A DNA stretch of 60,930 bases from a virus (taxonomy: Duplodnaviria > Caudoviricetes). The notes below the pieces were generated by a model. It saw nothing but the letters and a program-made list of their open reading frames with translations. It searched no databases and had not been told where the DNA came from. The position numbers were made by a program, and so were the translations under genes. The stretch lies in the IMG/VR virus record IMGVR_UViG_3300037119_001810, positions 1-60,930 of that record; one strand, 5' to 3'. This document shows, piece by piece, positions 45,973 through 55,558 of the stretch; position 1 is the first letter of the stretch; each line of letters opens with the position of its first letter.

Positions 45973-47025
45973 TCAGGCGATGGCGCTTCTGTTCTTGTGG
46001 TTCGTCGTGACGCCCTTGCGCTGGATGGAGAAGAACCAGTAGGGCACGCCGTCGGACATCCCGTGCCGCAGGTCGAGAATCCTCGCTCCGGGGAACTGAC
46101 CCCGGATCGCCTCGATGAGAGTCCGCTCCTCGGACCGCAGCGCTGCCATCCGCTGCAAGTGCGCGGCCTCAGCCCTCGTCACCTTGCGGGTTGCCTTCGC
46201 CGCCGGAGCCTGCTTGGGCTTCGCCGTCGACTTGGCCTTGGCAGCGGGCTTGGGCTTGACAGCCGCCTTCTTCTTGGCTCGCTGCTTGTCCACCATCGCC
46301 TGCTCGACGTACTTGGCGTGCGCCCTGCTGCCCACGCCGCCGCCACGGCCCAGACCTCCGCCCTTGTCCCACACCTCGTCGCGCCACGAGCGCCACTCCG
46401 CCAAGGACGCCCTGAACCCTGCGTCAGCCGGGGTGTTGCCGAGGAAGTCGAGCATCCCCGTCGGCATGGAGTTCAGCACGCCGCTGATCGTCGGGTCACC
46501 GGGAACTTGGAACGAGCGCAGTCGCATGGACTGGAAGGCGCGCTTCAAGCCCTTGTCGAAGAAGAACTGCCCCCTCTGACCCCGGATCATCACGGGTGAG
46601 ACCTTGCGCGTACCGATGCCGCCGGGACGCCACGTCGCCTCGTACAGGCTCGCGCTGCCCCGCTGCCACGGCGGGAGCACCTTGGCCTCGTAGGGTCCGT
46701 TGCCCGCGTAGACACCCGTGCCCTGATCCACGTAGTAGGCGTGCGGAGCGGTGGAGCCGACGGCACCGTAGACGCGCTGCTTGTCCCGTCCGTTGCCCCA
46801 GAAGCGGGGCCGGGCGCTGACGATGGTGGCCTTCAACGGCTTGCCGTAGTGATCCCACCGGGGACGCTTGTTGGTCGGTGCCTCCGCAATCGTGGCGGAG
46901 CGGATTCGACCCGTGAACCGATTGGCCCAGTTGTGGACCTGCCCACCCGGCATGAACAGCACCTCGGCGTTGGCCTCGACCGTGATGTTCGCGCCGCGAT
47001 TTCGTATCCGACGGACGACGGGCAC
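45973..47025 (-). CDS. HK97 gp10-like neck protein with basic C-terminal extension
   Basis: VGSTAPHAYYVDQGTG, RGQRGQFFF; Lys/Ala-rich tail. Confidence 0.6.
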   Translation of the reverse strand: MPVVRRIRNRGANITVEANAEVLFMPGGQVHNWANRFTGRIRSATIAEAPTNKRPRWDHYGKPLKATIVSARPRFWGNGRDKQRVYGAVGSTAPHAYYVDQGTGVYAGNGPYEAKVLPPWQRGSASLYEATWRPGGIGTRKVSPVMIRGQRGQFFFDKGLKRAFQSMRLRSFQVPGDPTISGVLNSMPTGMLDFLGNTPADAGFRASLAEWRSWRDEVWDKGGGLGRGGGVGSRAHAKYVEQAMVDKQRAKKKAAVKPKPAAKAKSTAKPKQAPAAKATRKVTRAEAAHLQRMAALRSEERTLIEAIRGQFPGARILDLRHGMSDGVPYWFFSIQRKGVTTNHKNRSAIA

Positions 47026-47029
47026 GGGG

Positions 47030-47551
47030 CTACACCTCCACGTCGAAGGTCCAGACGCCGCCGTACTCAGGACCCAGTGGCCCGGAGGGGGTCCACGTGC
47101 CGGAGTCGATGGAGTCCCAGACCTCGCACGCCATGGCAGCGCAGTAGATCGCCCGCATGTCGCTCATCGCCTGCAGGGCAGCGACGAGTACGTCCTGCGC
47201 GGTGGGTGCCGCTCCCTCCTCGGGGATGTCGAGGCAGCGCAGCACGCCGACTTCGAGGGTCAGTCTCATCACGGCCCCGCAGTCGCCGTCATCGAACGAC
47301 GGAGCCTTGTACTGAGGCGCAGCGCCCATCACCCGGACCCACGCCTGCGAGCACATGGCCGCGTCGTCAGGGCATTCGTCCTCGGGGTCGGGGTCGAAGG
47401 GAACGTAGGTCTCACCGATGGTCAGGCCGTACGAGCAGATGTCGGCCAGCGCCTCACCGATGCAGCCGGTGAACCCGACCAGTGCCTCGTGCAACTTGTC
47501 GTCGGCTGTCTCGTCCGAGGAGAGGTTTCCAGAAACCGGGGTCTCGCTCAT
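47030..47551 (-). CDS. Tail terminator-like protein
   Basis: CSQAWVRV, LEVGVLRC, GP.GP..GG.W; position. Confidence 0.6.
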   Translation of the reverse strand: MSETPVSGNLSSDETADDKLHEALVGFTGCIGEALADICSYGLTIGETYVPFDPDPEDECPDDAAMCSQAWVRVMGAAPQYKAPSFDDGDCGAVMRLTLEVGVLRCLDIPEEGAAPTAQDVLVAALQAMSDMRAIYCAAMACEVWDSIDSGTWTPSGPLGPEYGGVWTFDVEV

Positions 47552-47931
47552 CGGGACTCACCGTTCCCCAGCCAGCGGCTCCATGTGACGATGACGAACA
47601 GGATGAAGATTCGGGACACGAACACCAGTGAAATACCGATCACGTTGTCCGGTTGCTCGGAGGGGCTGACGTTCAGCATCTCGATCTGCCGCGACAGGAG
47701 GTACTGGGCGACGGCACCCGTAGCGAGGTTGATGCACAGGGACGCAGCCAGCATCACCGACAGCACGGTCATCCCGCGCAGGGTTCCGATGACCCGCCAG
47801 ACCAGCCCCATGAAGCAGACCACGGACACGACCGAGGAGACCTCACGTAGCGTCGGTCCGGTGAGGAGTGTCGCACCGATCATCACGACAGCGGCGAGCA
47901 GGACGGCGATGTCGTCTACACGCCTTCTCAT
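47548..47931 (-). CDS. Multi-pass membrane protein
   Basis: About 4 hydrophobic helices. Confidence 0.6.
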   Translation of the reverse strand: MRRRVDDIAVLLAAVVMIGATLLTGPTLREVSSVVSVVCFMGLVWRVIGTLRGMTVLSVMLAASLCINLATGAVAQYLLSRQIEMLNVSPSEQPDNVIGISLVFVSRIFILFVIVTWSRWLGNGESR

Positions 47932-48485
47932 TCGCAGTCCAGTGCGGGGTAGGTGTTCTCGCGCTTGGTCATGTCGGCGCTCTTGTACTCCGCCGCGAGT
48001 TCCTTCTTGGCGATGCCGAAGTCAGTCAGCGCCTCACCGAACCGCCTGCGACGCTCCTCGTCCGAGAGCGGTGGCTGGTCCTTGAACGCCCCGAGGGCGA
48101 CAAGCAGGACATCGTCAACCGCGTCGTCCCGCGTCCGCTCCTTGTTCTGCAACTTGGTTCCGGCGAAGGACCGGGCGTCGAGGGTCTGGGTGACCTCCTC
48201 ACCCCACTTGGCGTAGCAGGTCGCCCTCTCCTCCGACGCCTTCTGGAACAACGTCTGCTGGACGCCGAGCCCGAGCAGGAGGAGGGACACGATGACCACG
48301 AGCGCGGCGAGGGACTGGTTGCGAGAGAACGACTGCGGCTTCTTCGCGGCCTTGGACTCCGGCATTGTTTCTCCTAGTTCCTTGGACTTGATCTGCTTAC
48401 CCTCCCACAGGGTGAACGGCAGCCACGTCAATACCCCGAGCAGGAACACCCCGAGGTGACTGAGTACAGGCTCCGTGAGGTCCAT
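47928..48485 (-). CDS. Two-TM membrane protein (lysis-associated?)
   Basis: Two TM helices and a paired-Cys helical domain. Confidence 0.55.
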   Translation of the reverse strand: MDLTEPVLSHLGVFLLGVLTWLPFTLWEGKQIKSKELGETMPESKAAKKPQSFSRNQSLAALVVIVSLLLLGLGVQQTLFQKASEERATCYAKWGEEVTQTLDARSFAGTKLQNKERTRDDAVDDVLLVALGAFKDQPPLSDEERRRRFGEALTDFGIAKKELAAEYKSADMTKRENTYPALDCE

Positions 48486-48486
48486 C

Positions 48487-48729
48487 CTACCGATCTTCCC
48501 GGTTGCGCTTGATGAGGTGGTCGACACCAGCGTACGCCCCGAGCAGCCCGCCGAGAACGTACGTCGTTCCCAGTCCCTCCGGACCGACAATAGTGATGTT
48601 CCAGACAAGTAGCCCAAGCAGGACAAGCACGACGACGATGGTCAGCCAGATCGGCAGTCCACCGATCCCGAGCCCCGACCTGCGTTCAGGGGACTCCTGC
48701 TCCTGCTCCTGCTCCGAGTCATTCTCCAT
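48487..48729 (-). CDS. Small two-TM membrane protein (holin-like)
   Basis: Two TM helices, basic C-terminus. Confidence 0.55.
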   Translation of the reverse strand: MENDSEQEQEQESPERRSGLGIGGLPIWLTIVVVLVLLGLLVWNITIVGPEGLGTTYVLGGLLGAYAGVDHLIKRNREDR

Positions 48730-48738
48730 GTGCTCAGC

Positions 48739-49518
48739 CTAGGCCGAACCGATGACACGGCGGGCCGGAACCGCGTTAGTCCTCCGAGGAGTCTGGCTGC
48801 GAGGGTCGAACACGGTGGCTGCCTTGGTCGGCGCTCCGGCGGGAGCCCACTTCAAGATGTACTGGTCCACGATGTCGATTCCGGTCAGGCCGCTCGGGAA
48901 CAGCCCGGCCTCGATGGAGAACGAGACGCCGTTGCGAACCACCGAAGTGACACCGCGAGGCAGCGAGCACTTCCCCTTGGGAGCACACGCCTTGGCGAAC
49001 TCCATGGCAAGGTAGGCCACCGCCAACCGCCCGTCGGCCAGCACCGGGTAGGACCGGCTGTAGGTGATGGACCACGTGCCCGGCTCGTCATCGGACCTGT
49101 TGAGGTCTTGGGTCGCCGGGAGCGGGCTCGGACCGTCGCCCTGCCACACCAGCAGGTAGCCGTTGTCGAGACGCCAGTCGTCGGTGTGAACGTCGACCTC
49201 CACACCGTCGATCTTCACCGAGTCGATGTACCCGACAGGGCCGGGGATGGCGAACTCGCTGACCGGCGCGCACCGGGACTGGTGGGAGCAGTTGTTGCGC
49301 CACAAGCCGTCCGTGCCCACGTGTGGGTTCCAAGCACACGGGCACGGACGGCCTGCGGGACAGGGACGGATGGTGATGGGGCAGGCCCCCACCCTGTAGT
49401 AGGTGAGCATCTGCAACGAGGACGTTGCGAGCATGAGCGCCCGCTCCTTGGCCTCCTCGGTGAGTACCCCCCACGCATCACCGAGACACGCCGGGTCAGG
49501 CTCCCAGACACACGTCAT
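48739..49518 (-). CDS. Head-to-tail adaptor
   Basis: GACPITIRPC, LAMEFAKAC...CSLP..VTSVVRNGVS, TGIDIVD pattern of actinophage adaptors. Confidence 0.75.
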   Translation of the reverse strand: MTCVWEPDPACLGDAWGVLTEEAKERALMLATSSLQMLTYYRVGACPITIRPCPAGRPCPCAWNPHVGTDGLWRNNCSHQSRCAPVSEFAIPGPVGYIDSVKIDGVEVDVHTDDWRLDNGYLLVWQGDGPSPLPATQDLNRSDDEPGTWSITYSRSYPVLADGRLAVAYLAMEFAKACAPKGKCSLPRGVTSVVRNGVSFSIEAGLFPSGLTGIDIVDQYILKWAPAGAPTKAATVFDPRSQTPRRTNAVPARRVIGSA

Positions 49519-49575
49519 CACGTACCACCTTCCGTCATGCACACTTTAGCAGTGACCCGGTTTCTGGAAACCCGG

Positions 49576-49938
49576 TCAGCGCTGGTCAGCGTGCGTGTCG
49601 TCCACTCCGGAGCCGTAGATGATCGGCTCGGTGTAGGTGTCCTCGTCGTCGGGCTCGTCGTCCAGATATTCGACACCCTCCGCCTCGTTATCACCGTCGT
49701 GGAAGTCCTCCTCATGGAGCACCACGCCGTCCGGGTCCGTGTTGGCGACGTTGGACGCAGCGTAGAAGGCCGCGAGCAGGGCTCCGGCGAACTTCACCCA
49801 GTCGCCGTCGGCGGCGAGCCAGATACCACCCACGACGACGGCCAGCAGGATCAGGCCGTGGATCAGCCGACGCACGCGGGGGCTGGCCCAGTCACGCAGC
49901 AGCGAGTCGATCAGGTGGAGGGGGTTGAGGCTGTTCAT
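49576..49938 (-). CDS. Holin
   Basis: Directly after the endolysin; two TM helices, PRVRRLI, acidic tail; AAGGAG RBS. Confidence 0.7.
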   Translation of the reverse strand: MNSLNPLHLIDSLLRDWASPRVRRLIHGLILLAVVVGGIWLAADGDWVKFAGALLAAFYAASNVANTDPDGVVLHEEDFHDGDNEAEGVEYLDDEPDDEDTYTEPIIYGSGVDDTHADQR

Positions 49939-49972
49939 GTCGTGCTCCTTCTCGGTTTCTGGAAACTGCCGG

Positions 49973-51301
49973 TTACCACGTGGCGTCGAACTTGACGTTG
50001 CGCCAAGCCCGGTGGAGACGGGCCGTGGCAGCCAGCCTCCGAGCCCTGCCCTTGACACCGCTGCCGTAGATCGCAGCGACCTTCACCTTGGCCTTGTGGG
50101 CGTTGATGACGGTCTCCTTGGGGAAGCGCAGGGTGGCGAGCCGCTTGACCACAGCCGGGTGGCCGGTCTCCTCGGCAGCCGCGCGGAGCCGCTGGAACCA
50201 CCGGGGATCGCTGGCCCATGCCGGACCCTTCGGCTCCATGGCGATGTAGACGTTGTTGCGGTCCGCCCACCGCAGGCCCTCGCGCAGCGTCATGGGTGCC
50301 TGACCGTGCTTGTCACGCCACCGCTTGATCCCGGCAGCGCCCCACAGGTCAAGGCTCCTCTGGCGCTCTGCGGCGGTCATGGGGACCACCTTGCCCTTGT
50401 TCGGCCCGGAGGTCGCCACGACGTGGTTGTAGCCGTTCTGCGCGGCGTTGAAGCCGTGCATGAACCAGATGTCTCCGGCCCCCGGCACGAGGTTGCCGTC
50501 CAGCGCCTCGCCAGCCTTGACCTTGTTCCACGCGCTCAGCCGGTCCCCGACCTTCGGGTCCCAGTGGTGCTGCTTCGGGGGCTTGGCGAAGATGGGCGAG
50601 TCCACGTTGAGCAGTCTGCCGTTCCAGCGCAGTGTCGGCTTGGCCGTGGGCGGGGAGGGCTTGGGTGCGGGCGGGACCGGCGCGGGGTGGTAGAGACGGG
50701 TGCGCTCAGCGGCGACGGCCTTGCGGAACTTGCCCACGTCGAGAACCTTGTGCCCCCGGAAGGGGATGCCCCTCGGGTCACCGATGTCCCACTTGCCGGT
50801 GACCGAGGTCTGGTAGTGGCACGAGATGGTGGCGACGCTGGTCCCCTTGCCCCCGGCTGTGACCTTCTCGGTCAGCACGGCGTTGAGGATGGCCCCGGCC
50901 TTCATCATCACGGCGGGGATCACCTCGCTGCCCGACAGCATCCACTCGATCCCGACGTACAGCGTGTTGCCGTCGCCCGCTGACACCGAGCCGGACGACT
51001 TCGCCTTGCCCGCGTGGTTGGCCCGGCCAGCGGCACCGAGATAGACCCGTCCGGATCGACCCAGCCCGATCTGGACGAGCGGGGCCGGGAGGTCCCGGCG
51101 TCCGATCTGGAACATCCACTTGGCGTAGGCGAGTTCGCGGGCGAGGCTCCATCCCTTGGCGCTGGTCCCGATGTGGTGGTTGAGCACGCCCACAGGCGCG
51201 AAGGAACCGGGACGGCCCCGCAAGCGCCAGCCCTTCACCACGACGACATCGAGGCCCGCTGCCCTCAGCAGGGCGGGGAGGTCACTTCGCACTTTCGCCA
51301 T
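49973..51301 (-). CDS. Endolysin: Amidase_2 + Pro linker + GDPD-like C-terminal domain
   Basis: VLNHH, AGRANHAG, VGIE, CH...KWD; C-terminal ALDGNL...FMHG...TLREGL...AMEPK. Confidence 0.85.
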   Translation of the reverse strand: MAKVRSDLPALLRAAGLDVVVVKGWRLRGRPGSFAPVGVLNHHIGTSAKGWSLARELAYAKWMFQIGRRDLPAPLVQIGLGRSGRVYLGAAGRANHAGKAKSSGSVSAGDGNTLYVGIEWMLSGSEVIPAVMMKAGAILNAVLTEKVTAGGKGTSVATISCHYQTSVTGKWDIGDPRGIPFRGHKVLDVGKFRKAVAAERTRLYHPAPVPPAPKPSPPTAKPTLRWNGRLLNVDSPIFAKPPKQHHWDPKVGDRLSAWNKVKAGEALDGNLVPGAGDIWFMHGFNAAQNGYNHVVATSGPNKGKVVPMTAAERQRSLDLWGAAGIKRWRDKHGQAPMTLREGLRWADRNNVYIAMEPKGPAWASDPRWFQRLRAAAEETGHPAVVKRLATLRFPKETVINAHKAKVKVAAIYGSGVKGRARRLAATARLHRAWRNVKFDATW

Positions 51302-51350
51302 CGTCTATCTCCTGTTTCTGGAAACCCGTTGTGACACAGAGTACAGCAGT

Positions 51351-52814
51351 TCACAGACCCCCGAGCAGGGCGCGGTTCAGTTCTTTGATGTCCACCGCCC
51401 GCAAGGATGAGTAGAACGTGAGGTCTTGAATCTTGGCTGCTGGTGTGTACTCGCTGGTGGCGAGGTAGCGCCCGACCGTGATGTCCTGCCCGGAGTGGTA
51501 AGAGAACCCAGCGGACTTGGTGCCCTTCGAGACCTGCGTACCGTCAAGGTACAGGTGCAACGTGGTCGGTGTGACCCGCCCGCAGACGAGGTACCGCTGG
51601 TTGGCAACCGTCGCAGGCGAGAGCCCGGTTGATCGTGTCCCTGCGCCACCGTCCTTGCACACGAGGTTCAACTTGTTCGCAGCGTCCCGCTGCACGTACC
51701 ACGGAGAGTTGCTGGTCGGGTAGCGGTTGAGCAGGCTCTCGTCGTTCTCGACATTCGCGGTCGGCGTCCAGATGAACGAGAACGCGAACTCAGACCAGTC
51801 CATCCACGCGCCGTACGGAATCGTCGCGTACTGCGCGGTGTCGTTGGCAAGGAGCATTGAGCCGTCGGAGAGATGCCCCGGCAGCATCCCCGCCGAGTTG
51901 AGGGTGGCTCCGGTGTAGGTGCCGTGCCGGTTGTTGCCCGAGTCGTCCGTCATGGTGGTGCCCGAGGTCTCGTTCATTTTGTAGTGAGCCAGCGGGCCGA
52001 GCGAAGCAATCTTGGCGCGAAACGCCGAGAGGCTGAGAGTCGGGGGGTTCAACTGCAGTCCACCGCTGGGGTTCGCCGCCGACCACGCATCAAGTGCCGA
52101 CACTTCGCCAGCGGTGAGTGATCGACTGACGAAGATGAACGAACTGAGCCTGCCGCCGAAGTTCATGGCTGTCCCGGTGGTGCTCCGCCCCAGTAGTGGG
52201 ATCGCGGGCCACCAGAGTTGACCACCCGCGACACCGGGGGGCGTCGCTGCATCCACAGCCCCGTTGAACCGGGCTCCGTGAGTGGTAGCGGCTGCCCACG
52301 CGCTGTACCGCTGCCAAGCCGCGACGTTCTGGGTAGGAACCCAAGAGAAGCGGTTGAACCGGCCAAGACTCTCGTACACCGAGGCACCATAGGGATAGTG
52401 GGCCTGCTCGCCACCACCGTCATAGCCAAAGTTCCACAGCGATGTCTGGGTTACATCAGATCGGACGGTTGCCCACGCCTCACCGCTTGTCATTCCCGAG
52501 AGCAGGTCGTTGGGAAACAGCGTGAAGTAGCCGCCCTGCGCCCCGGCGATCAGGGACTGGAACTCAATGGACGGCCCGCCGCTCGGACCCCCCGCCGTTC
52601 TGAACAGGGGCTTGGCCCCGCCCGACCCGGCCACGCCAACCGCGTCGTTGCCGTGGCCCGACAGATCGTGCAGCGTGGTGATCTGTGCGCCGTTGGCGTA
52701 GTACGCCGCCTCAGCATCAGCGGAGTACCAAGCGAGGAGCGCATCACCGAGGATGCTGATGGGGTCAGCCGGAGGACCCGCGACGAAATGCGAGGCGATG
52801 GCCGCGATGCTCAT
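51351..52814 (-). CDS. Tandem LamG/ConA-domain virion protein
   Basis: LLAWYSAD, AHYKMNETSGTTMTDDSGNNRHGTY, LHLYLDGTQV; atypical codon usage. Confidence 0.7.
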   Translation of the reverse strand: MSIAAIASHFVAGPPADPISILGDALLAWYSADAEAAYYANGAQITTLHDLSGHGNDAVGVAGSGGAKPLFRTAGGPSGGPSIEFQSLIAGAQGGYFTLFPNDLLSGMTSGEAWATVRSDVTQTSLWNFGYDGGGEQAHYPYGASVYESLGRFNRFSWVPTQNVAAWQRYSAWAAATTHGARFNGAVDAATPPGVAGGQLWWPAIPLLGRSTTGTAMNFGGRLSSFIFVSRSLTAGEVSALDAWSAANPSGGLQLNPPTLSLSAFRAKIASLGPLAHYKMNETSGTTMTDDSGNNRHGTYTGATLNSAGMLPGHLSDGSMLLANDTAQYATIPYGAWMDWSEFAFSFIWTPTANVENDESLLNRYPTSNSPWYVQRDAANKLNLVCKDGGAGTRSTGLSPATVANQRYLVCGRVTPTTLHLYLDGTQVSKGTKSAGFSYHSGQDITVGRYLATSEYTPAAKIQDLTFYSSLRAVDIKELNRALLGGL

Positions 52815-53557
52815 GCAGCCAGCCTACCCATCGCCAGCCACGTGTCGGTGGCGATCTTCAACAGTGCGAAGGTGCCGTACTGGGCAGCCACCTTCAAGCC
52901 GGGCGAGGCGTTGATCGTGACGCCCGCGCCCGGTGTCAGGGTGACCTGTCCGGCACCCATCTGCGCGCCCTCGATGAGGGTACCGACGGGGTAGGCGATG
53001 GAGGAGTTCGGCGGGATCGTCAGGGTCGATGCAGCCGCGTTCGTCATGGTGATGAACTTGCCGAGCGCGTCACTCAGCACGATGGTGTAGGAGGTCCCGG
53101 TCTGGGCGTTGAGAACCTTGCCCCCGGTCGCGGTCAGGGTGATCGTGTTGCCGGGGTCGCTGACGGTGATGTCCATGCCAGCGCCGATGGCAAGCGCCGC
53201 CTCCATCGTGTCCCGAACGACCTCGGGGTCCGTCGTGCCGGTGGCCGCGATGGAGATGGTGTTGCCCGCGTCATCCACGGTGATCGTGACGTTCGCTCCG
53301 GCCACCAGCGCGGTTGCCATCGTGTCCCGCACGACCTCGGCGTCCGTCGTGTTGGTGTCGGTGGCCGCGATGGTGATGATGTCGGCACCGTCGTTGGGGG
53401 TGATGGTGATGTTGGCCCCGGCGACGAGAGCAGCCGCCACGGCGTCCCGTATGGCCTCTGGGCTACCCCCGGAGGCAGCCGCAGTGTCGATGTACTCCTT
53501 CAACTGCAGGTGCCACAGGTCCGGGGCCTTCTGGCCCAACTCGGGGTAGTCGACCAT
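52811..53557 (-). CDS. Fibre-like virion protein with three ~40-aa repeats
   Basis: Three copies of E.(V/I)RD...AL..GA...IT..D....I.I.AT; C-terminal NAQTGTSYT...D.W...G.L domain. Confidence 0.7.
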   Translation of the reverse strand: MVDYPELGQKAPDLWHLQLKEYIDTAAASGGSPEAIRDAVAAALVAGANITITPNDGADIITIAATDTNTTDAEVVRDTMATALVAGANVTITVDDAGNTISIAATGTTDPEVVRDTMEAALAIGAGMDITVSDPGNTITLTATGGKVLNAQTGTSYTIVLSDALGKFITMTNAAASTLTIPPNSSIAYPVGTLIEGAQMGAGQVTLTPGAGVTINASPGLKVAAQYGTFALLKIATDTWLAMGRLAA

Positions 53558-53589
53558 GGTTTCCAGAAACCTCTCTGCTACTAGGACGA

Positions 53590-53620
53590 GGCCCCCTCCG
53601 GCTCATCACCGAAGGGGGCC
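53590..53620 (-). terminator. Hairpin terminator after the major tail gene
   Basis: GGCCCCCTCCGG / CCGAAGGGGGCC stem. Confidence 0.55.
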
Positions 53621-53638
53621 AACGTCAGGGCTGTGGCC

Positions 53639-54337
53639 TTACGCCGAGGCGAGGGCCGTCGCACCGCAGGACGCGGCAGGCGGGTCCAGCGTCACGAGGA
53701 TGTTGCGGTAGTGCGTGTTCTCACCGAGCGGCGTGGTGAGCGGCGAGGGGGCGGAGAGTTCGTCGCGGTCCACGTCGAACGGGCCGACGCCCCAGCCGTT
53801 GCCGTCGCGGGTCTGCGCACCGGAGATGGTGAACTGCACCGCGCCGTTCTCGAACGAGAAGCCACCGAGGCGACCACCCTTCAAGAACGGGAACACGGTG
53901 TAGCCCCACGGGCGGTTGCCCGAGGGGTCGCAGGCCGACCCGGCGATGCGCGACCAGACCTCGACGGCGAAGCCGAAGGAGTCGAGGTCGATGTCGGTGG
54001 TCGCGTCGAAGCCGACCACCTCGTCGGCGGCGTTCATCACGACCGGCTGGCCGGTGAGCAGCGAGATGAGGTCAGGGTCCACGCCGCACAGCGCGAGGTC
54101 GGCGGTGTAGCCGATGATCTGCGTGAAGGCGTCATCCACGATGCACAGTTCGTCTCCGAAGTTGCGCTCGCGGATGTTGGTCCCGTCGTCGGTCACCTCG
54201 TCGATGGTGACGGTCGAGACCCGCTTGGACACGACCACGGCGCTTGCGCCGGGGTCCGGGTTGCCGCAGGCGTCGAGGCGAGTCACGCGGATGACGCTTC
54301 CCCGGACCTGCGCGTAGCACTTGGTGGTCATGCTCAC
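53639..54337 (-). CDS. Major tail protein
   Basis: RGSVIRVTRLDACG, LCGVDPD, FAVEVWS, W..GPFDV; strongly biased codons. Confidence 0.85.
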   Translation of the reverse strand: MSMTTKCYAQVRGSVIRVTRLDACGNPDPGASAVVVSKRVSTVTIDEVTDDGTNIRERNFGDELCIVDDAFTQIIGYTADLALCGVDPDLISLLTGQPVVMNAADEVVGFDATTDIDLDSFGFAVEVWSRIAGSACDPSGNRPWGYTVFPFLKGGRLGGFSFENGAVQFTISGAQTRDGNGWGVGPFDVDRDELSAPSPLTTPLGENTHYRNILVTLDPPAASCGATALASA

Positions 54338-54633
54338 TCCTCCTCGGAGTCGTTCTTCGCGGCCCGGTTGCCGGAAGTCTTGGTGGTTGTGGTGCGCTTC
54401 TTCGCCTTCGCCTTCGGCTTGGACTCAGGCTTGGGCTCGGGTTCCTCTGACACGCCCTCATCGTAGAGCACGTCAGCGAGTTTGTCCGAGATGTAGAAGC
54501 CACCCTGCACGGCGACAACCTCGCGGGAGTCGTCCAGCCCGTGCTCCTGCGCGGTGCCGAGGAGGATGGTTGCGGTGTCCCGGCGGTTGTCGCCGTTGGG
54601 CACGAAGGCGGTCATCCCGCGACGGCTGCTCAT
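54334..54633 (-). CDS. Small head-module protein
   Basis: Coupled between capsid and tail genes; Lys/Pro tail. Confidence 0.6.
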   Translation of the reverse strand: MSSRRGMTAFVPNGDNRRDTATILLGTAQEHGLDDSREVVAVQGGFYISDKLADVLYDEGVSEEPEPKPESKPKAKAKKRTTTTKTSGNRAAKNDSEEE

Positions 54634-55481
54634 GCCCACACCGTCGCAGACACCTTGGCGAGCAGGCAGTCGATGCCGACCCGGTACATCCGCTCAGCGA
54701 GCGAGAGGGCCGTGTTGTGGGCCAGCCCGTTCTCACCGGAGCCGACGCCCGACCCGTCGCCGGGGAGGACGTAGGTGTTGACGTTGACCATCTCGGACCG
54801 CTCGACGTAGACCTCGCCGGTCACGAACAGGTCCATGGTGCCGCTCTGCGCGCCATCGGCGTCGTCGTAGCCGCCACCCGCCGCGACCTTGGACCCGGCC
54901 TTGGTGAAGAACTTGCCGTCACGCTCGACCAGCGCACCCTGACCGAAGGCCATGGTGACGACCGCTCGCGGCACGTGGAGGGTCGGCACGCCCACGTAGT
55001 GCGCGGCGGCGTAGCCCTCCAAGATGCCGAGGGCCGACAGGAGCGTGGGGGCGGTACCGAGGTCGACCGGCTCGTCCCACTGGACGGCGGCGTCGGAGTC
55101 GGTGGCGACGAAGCGGTTGAGGAGGAGCGCCTGCTCGACACCCTTGCCCTCGCTGAGCCGGAACACCCGAGCCACCTCGGAGTTCTGGTCGTTCTGGTCG
55201 AGGCCCACCGCGTTGCACTGGACGCCGCCGTAGACGGCGAACTGGAAGCCGGGGACCCAGCCGACGGTCGAGAAGGTCTTGGTGCCCTCGATCATCGGCT
55301 CCGGGCAGATCGGCGTCGGCACGAGGGTGTCGAGGCAGTTGTAGGAGGGCCACAGACCCTCGTTGTTGCGGAGACCGAAGTCGGACTTCTCCACAACGGT
55401 CGCGTGGTCCAGCACCGACGACGTGAGGGCGTCGGGTGTGGGGCGGTTCACCTCCGCACCCCTGATGATCGTGACGGTCAT
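54630..55481 (-). CDS. Putative capsid pentamer / minor capsid protein
   Basis: Directly after the major capsid gene; FAVYGGVQC, E..GVE.A, V.AGGGY, TG.V...R, N....LAER motifs. Confidence 0.6.
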   Translation of the reverse strand: MTVTIIRGAEVNRPTPDALTSSVLDHATVVEKSDFGLRNNEGLWPSYNCLDTLVPTPICPEPMIEGTKTFSTVGWVPGFQFAVYGGVQCNAVGLDQNDQNSEVARVFRLSEGKGVEQALLLNRFVATDSDAAVQWDEPVDLGTAPTLLSALGILEGYAAAHYVGVPTLHVPRAVVTMAFGQGALVERDGKFFTKAGSKVAAGGGYDDADGAQSGTMDLFVTGEVYVERSEMVNVNTYVLPGDGSGVGSGENGLAHNTALSLAERMYRVGIDCLLAKVSATVWA

Positions 55482-55523
55482 GTCTCTCCTCCTCGTTTCG
55501 GCTAGAGCGCTCTAGTTCCGGAA

Positions 55524-55551
55524 GGGGCTGGGTTTCCAGAAACCCAGCCCC
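55524..55551 (-). terminator. Hairpin after the major capsid gene with the 12-bp motif at its centre
   Basis: GGGGCTGGGTTTC-CA-GAAACCCAGCCCC. Confidence 0.6.
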
Positions 55552-55558
55552 GCCGGAA

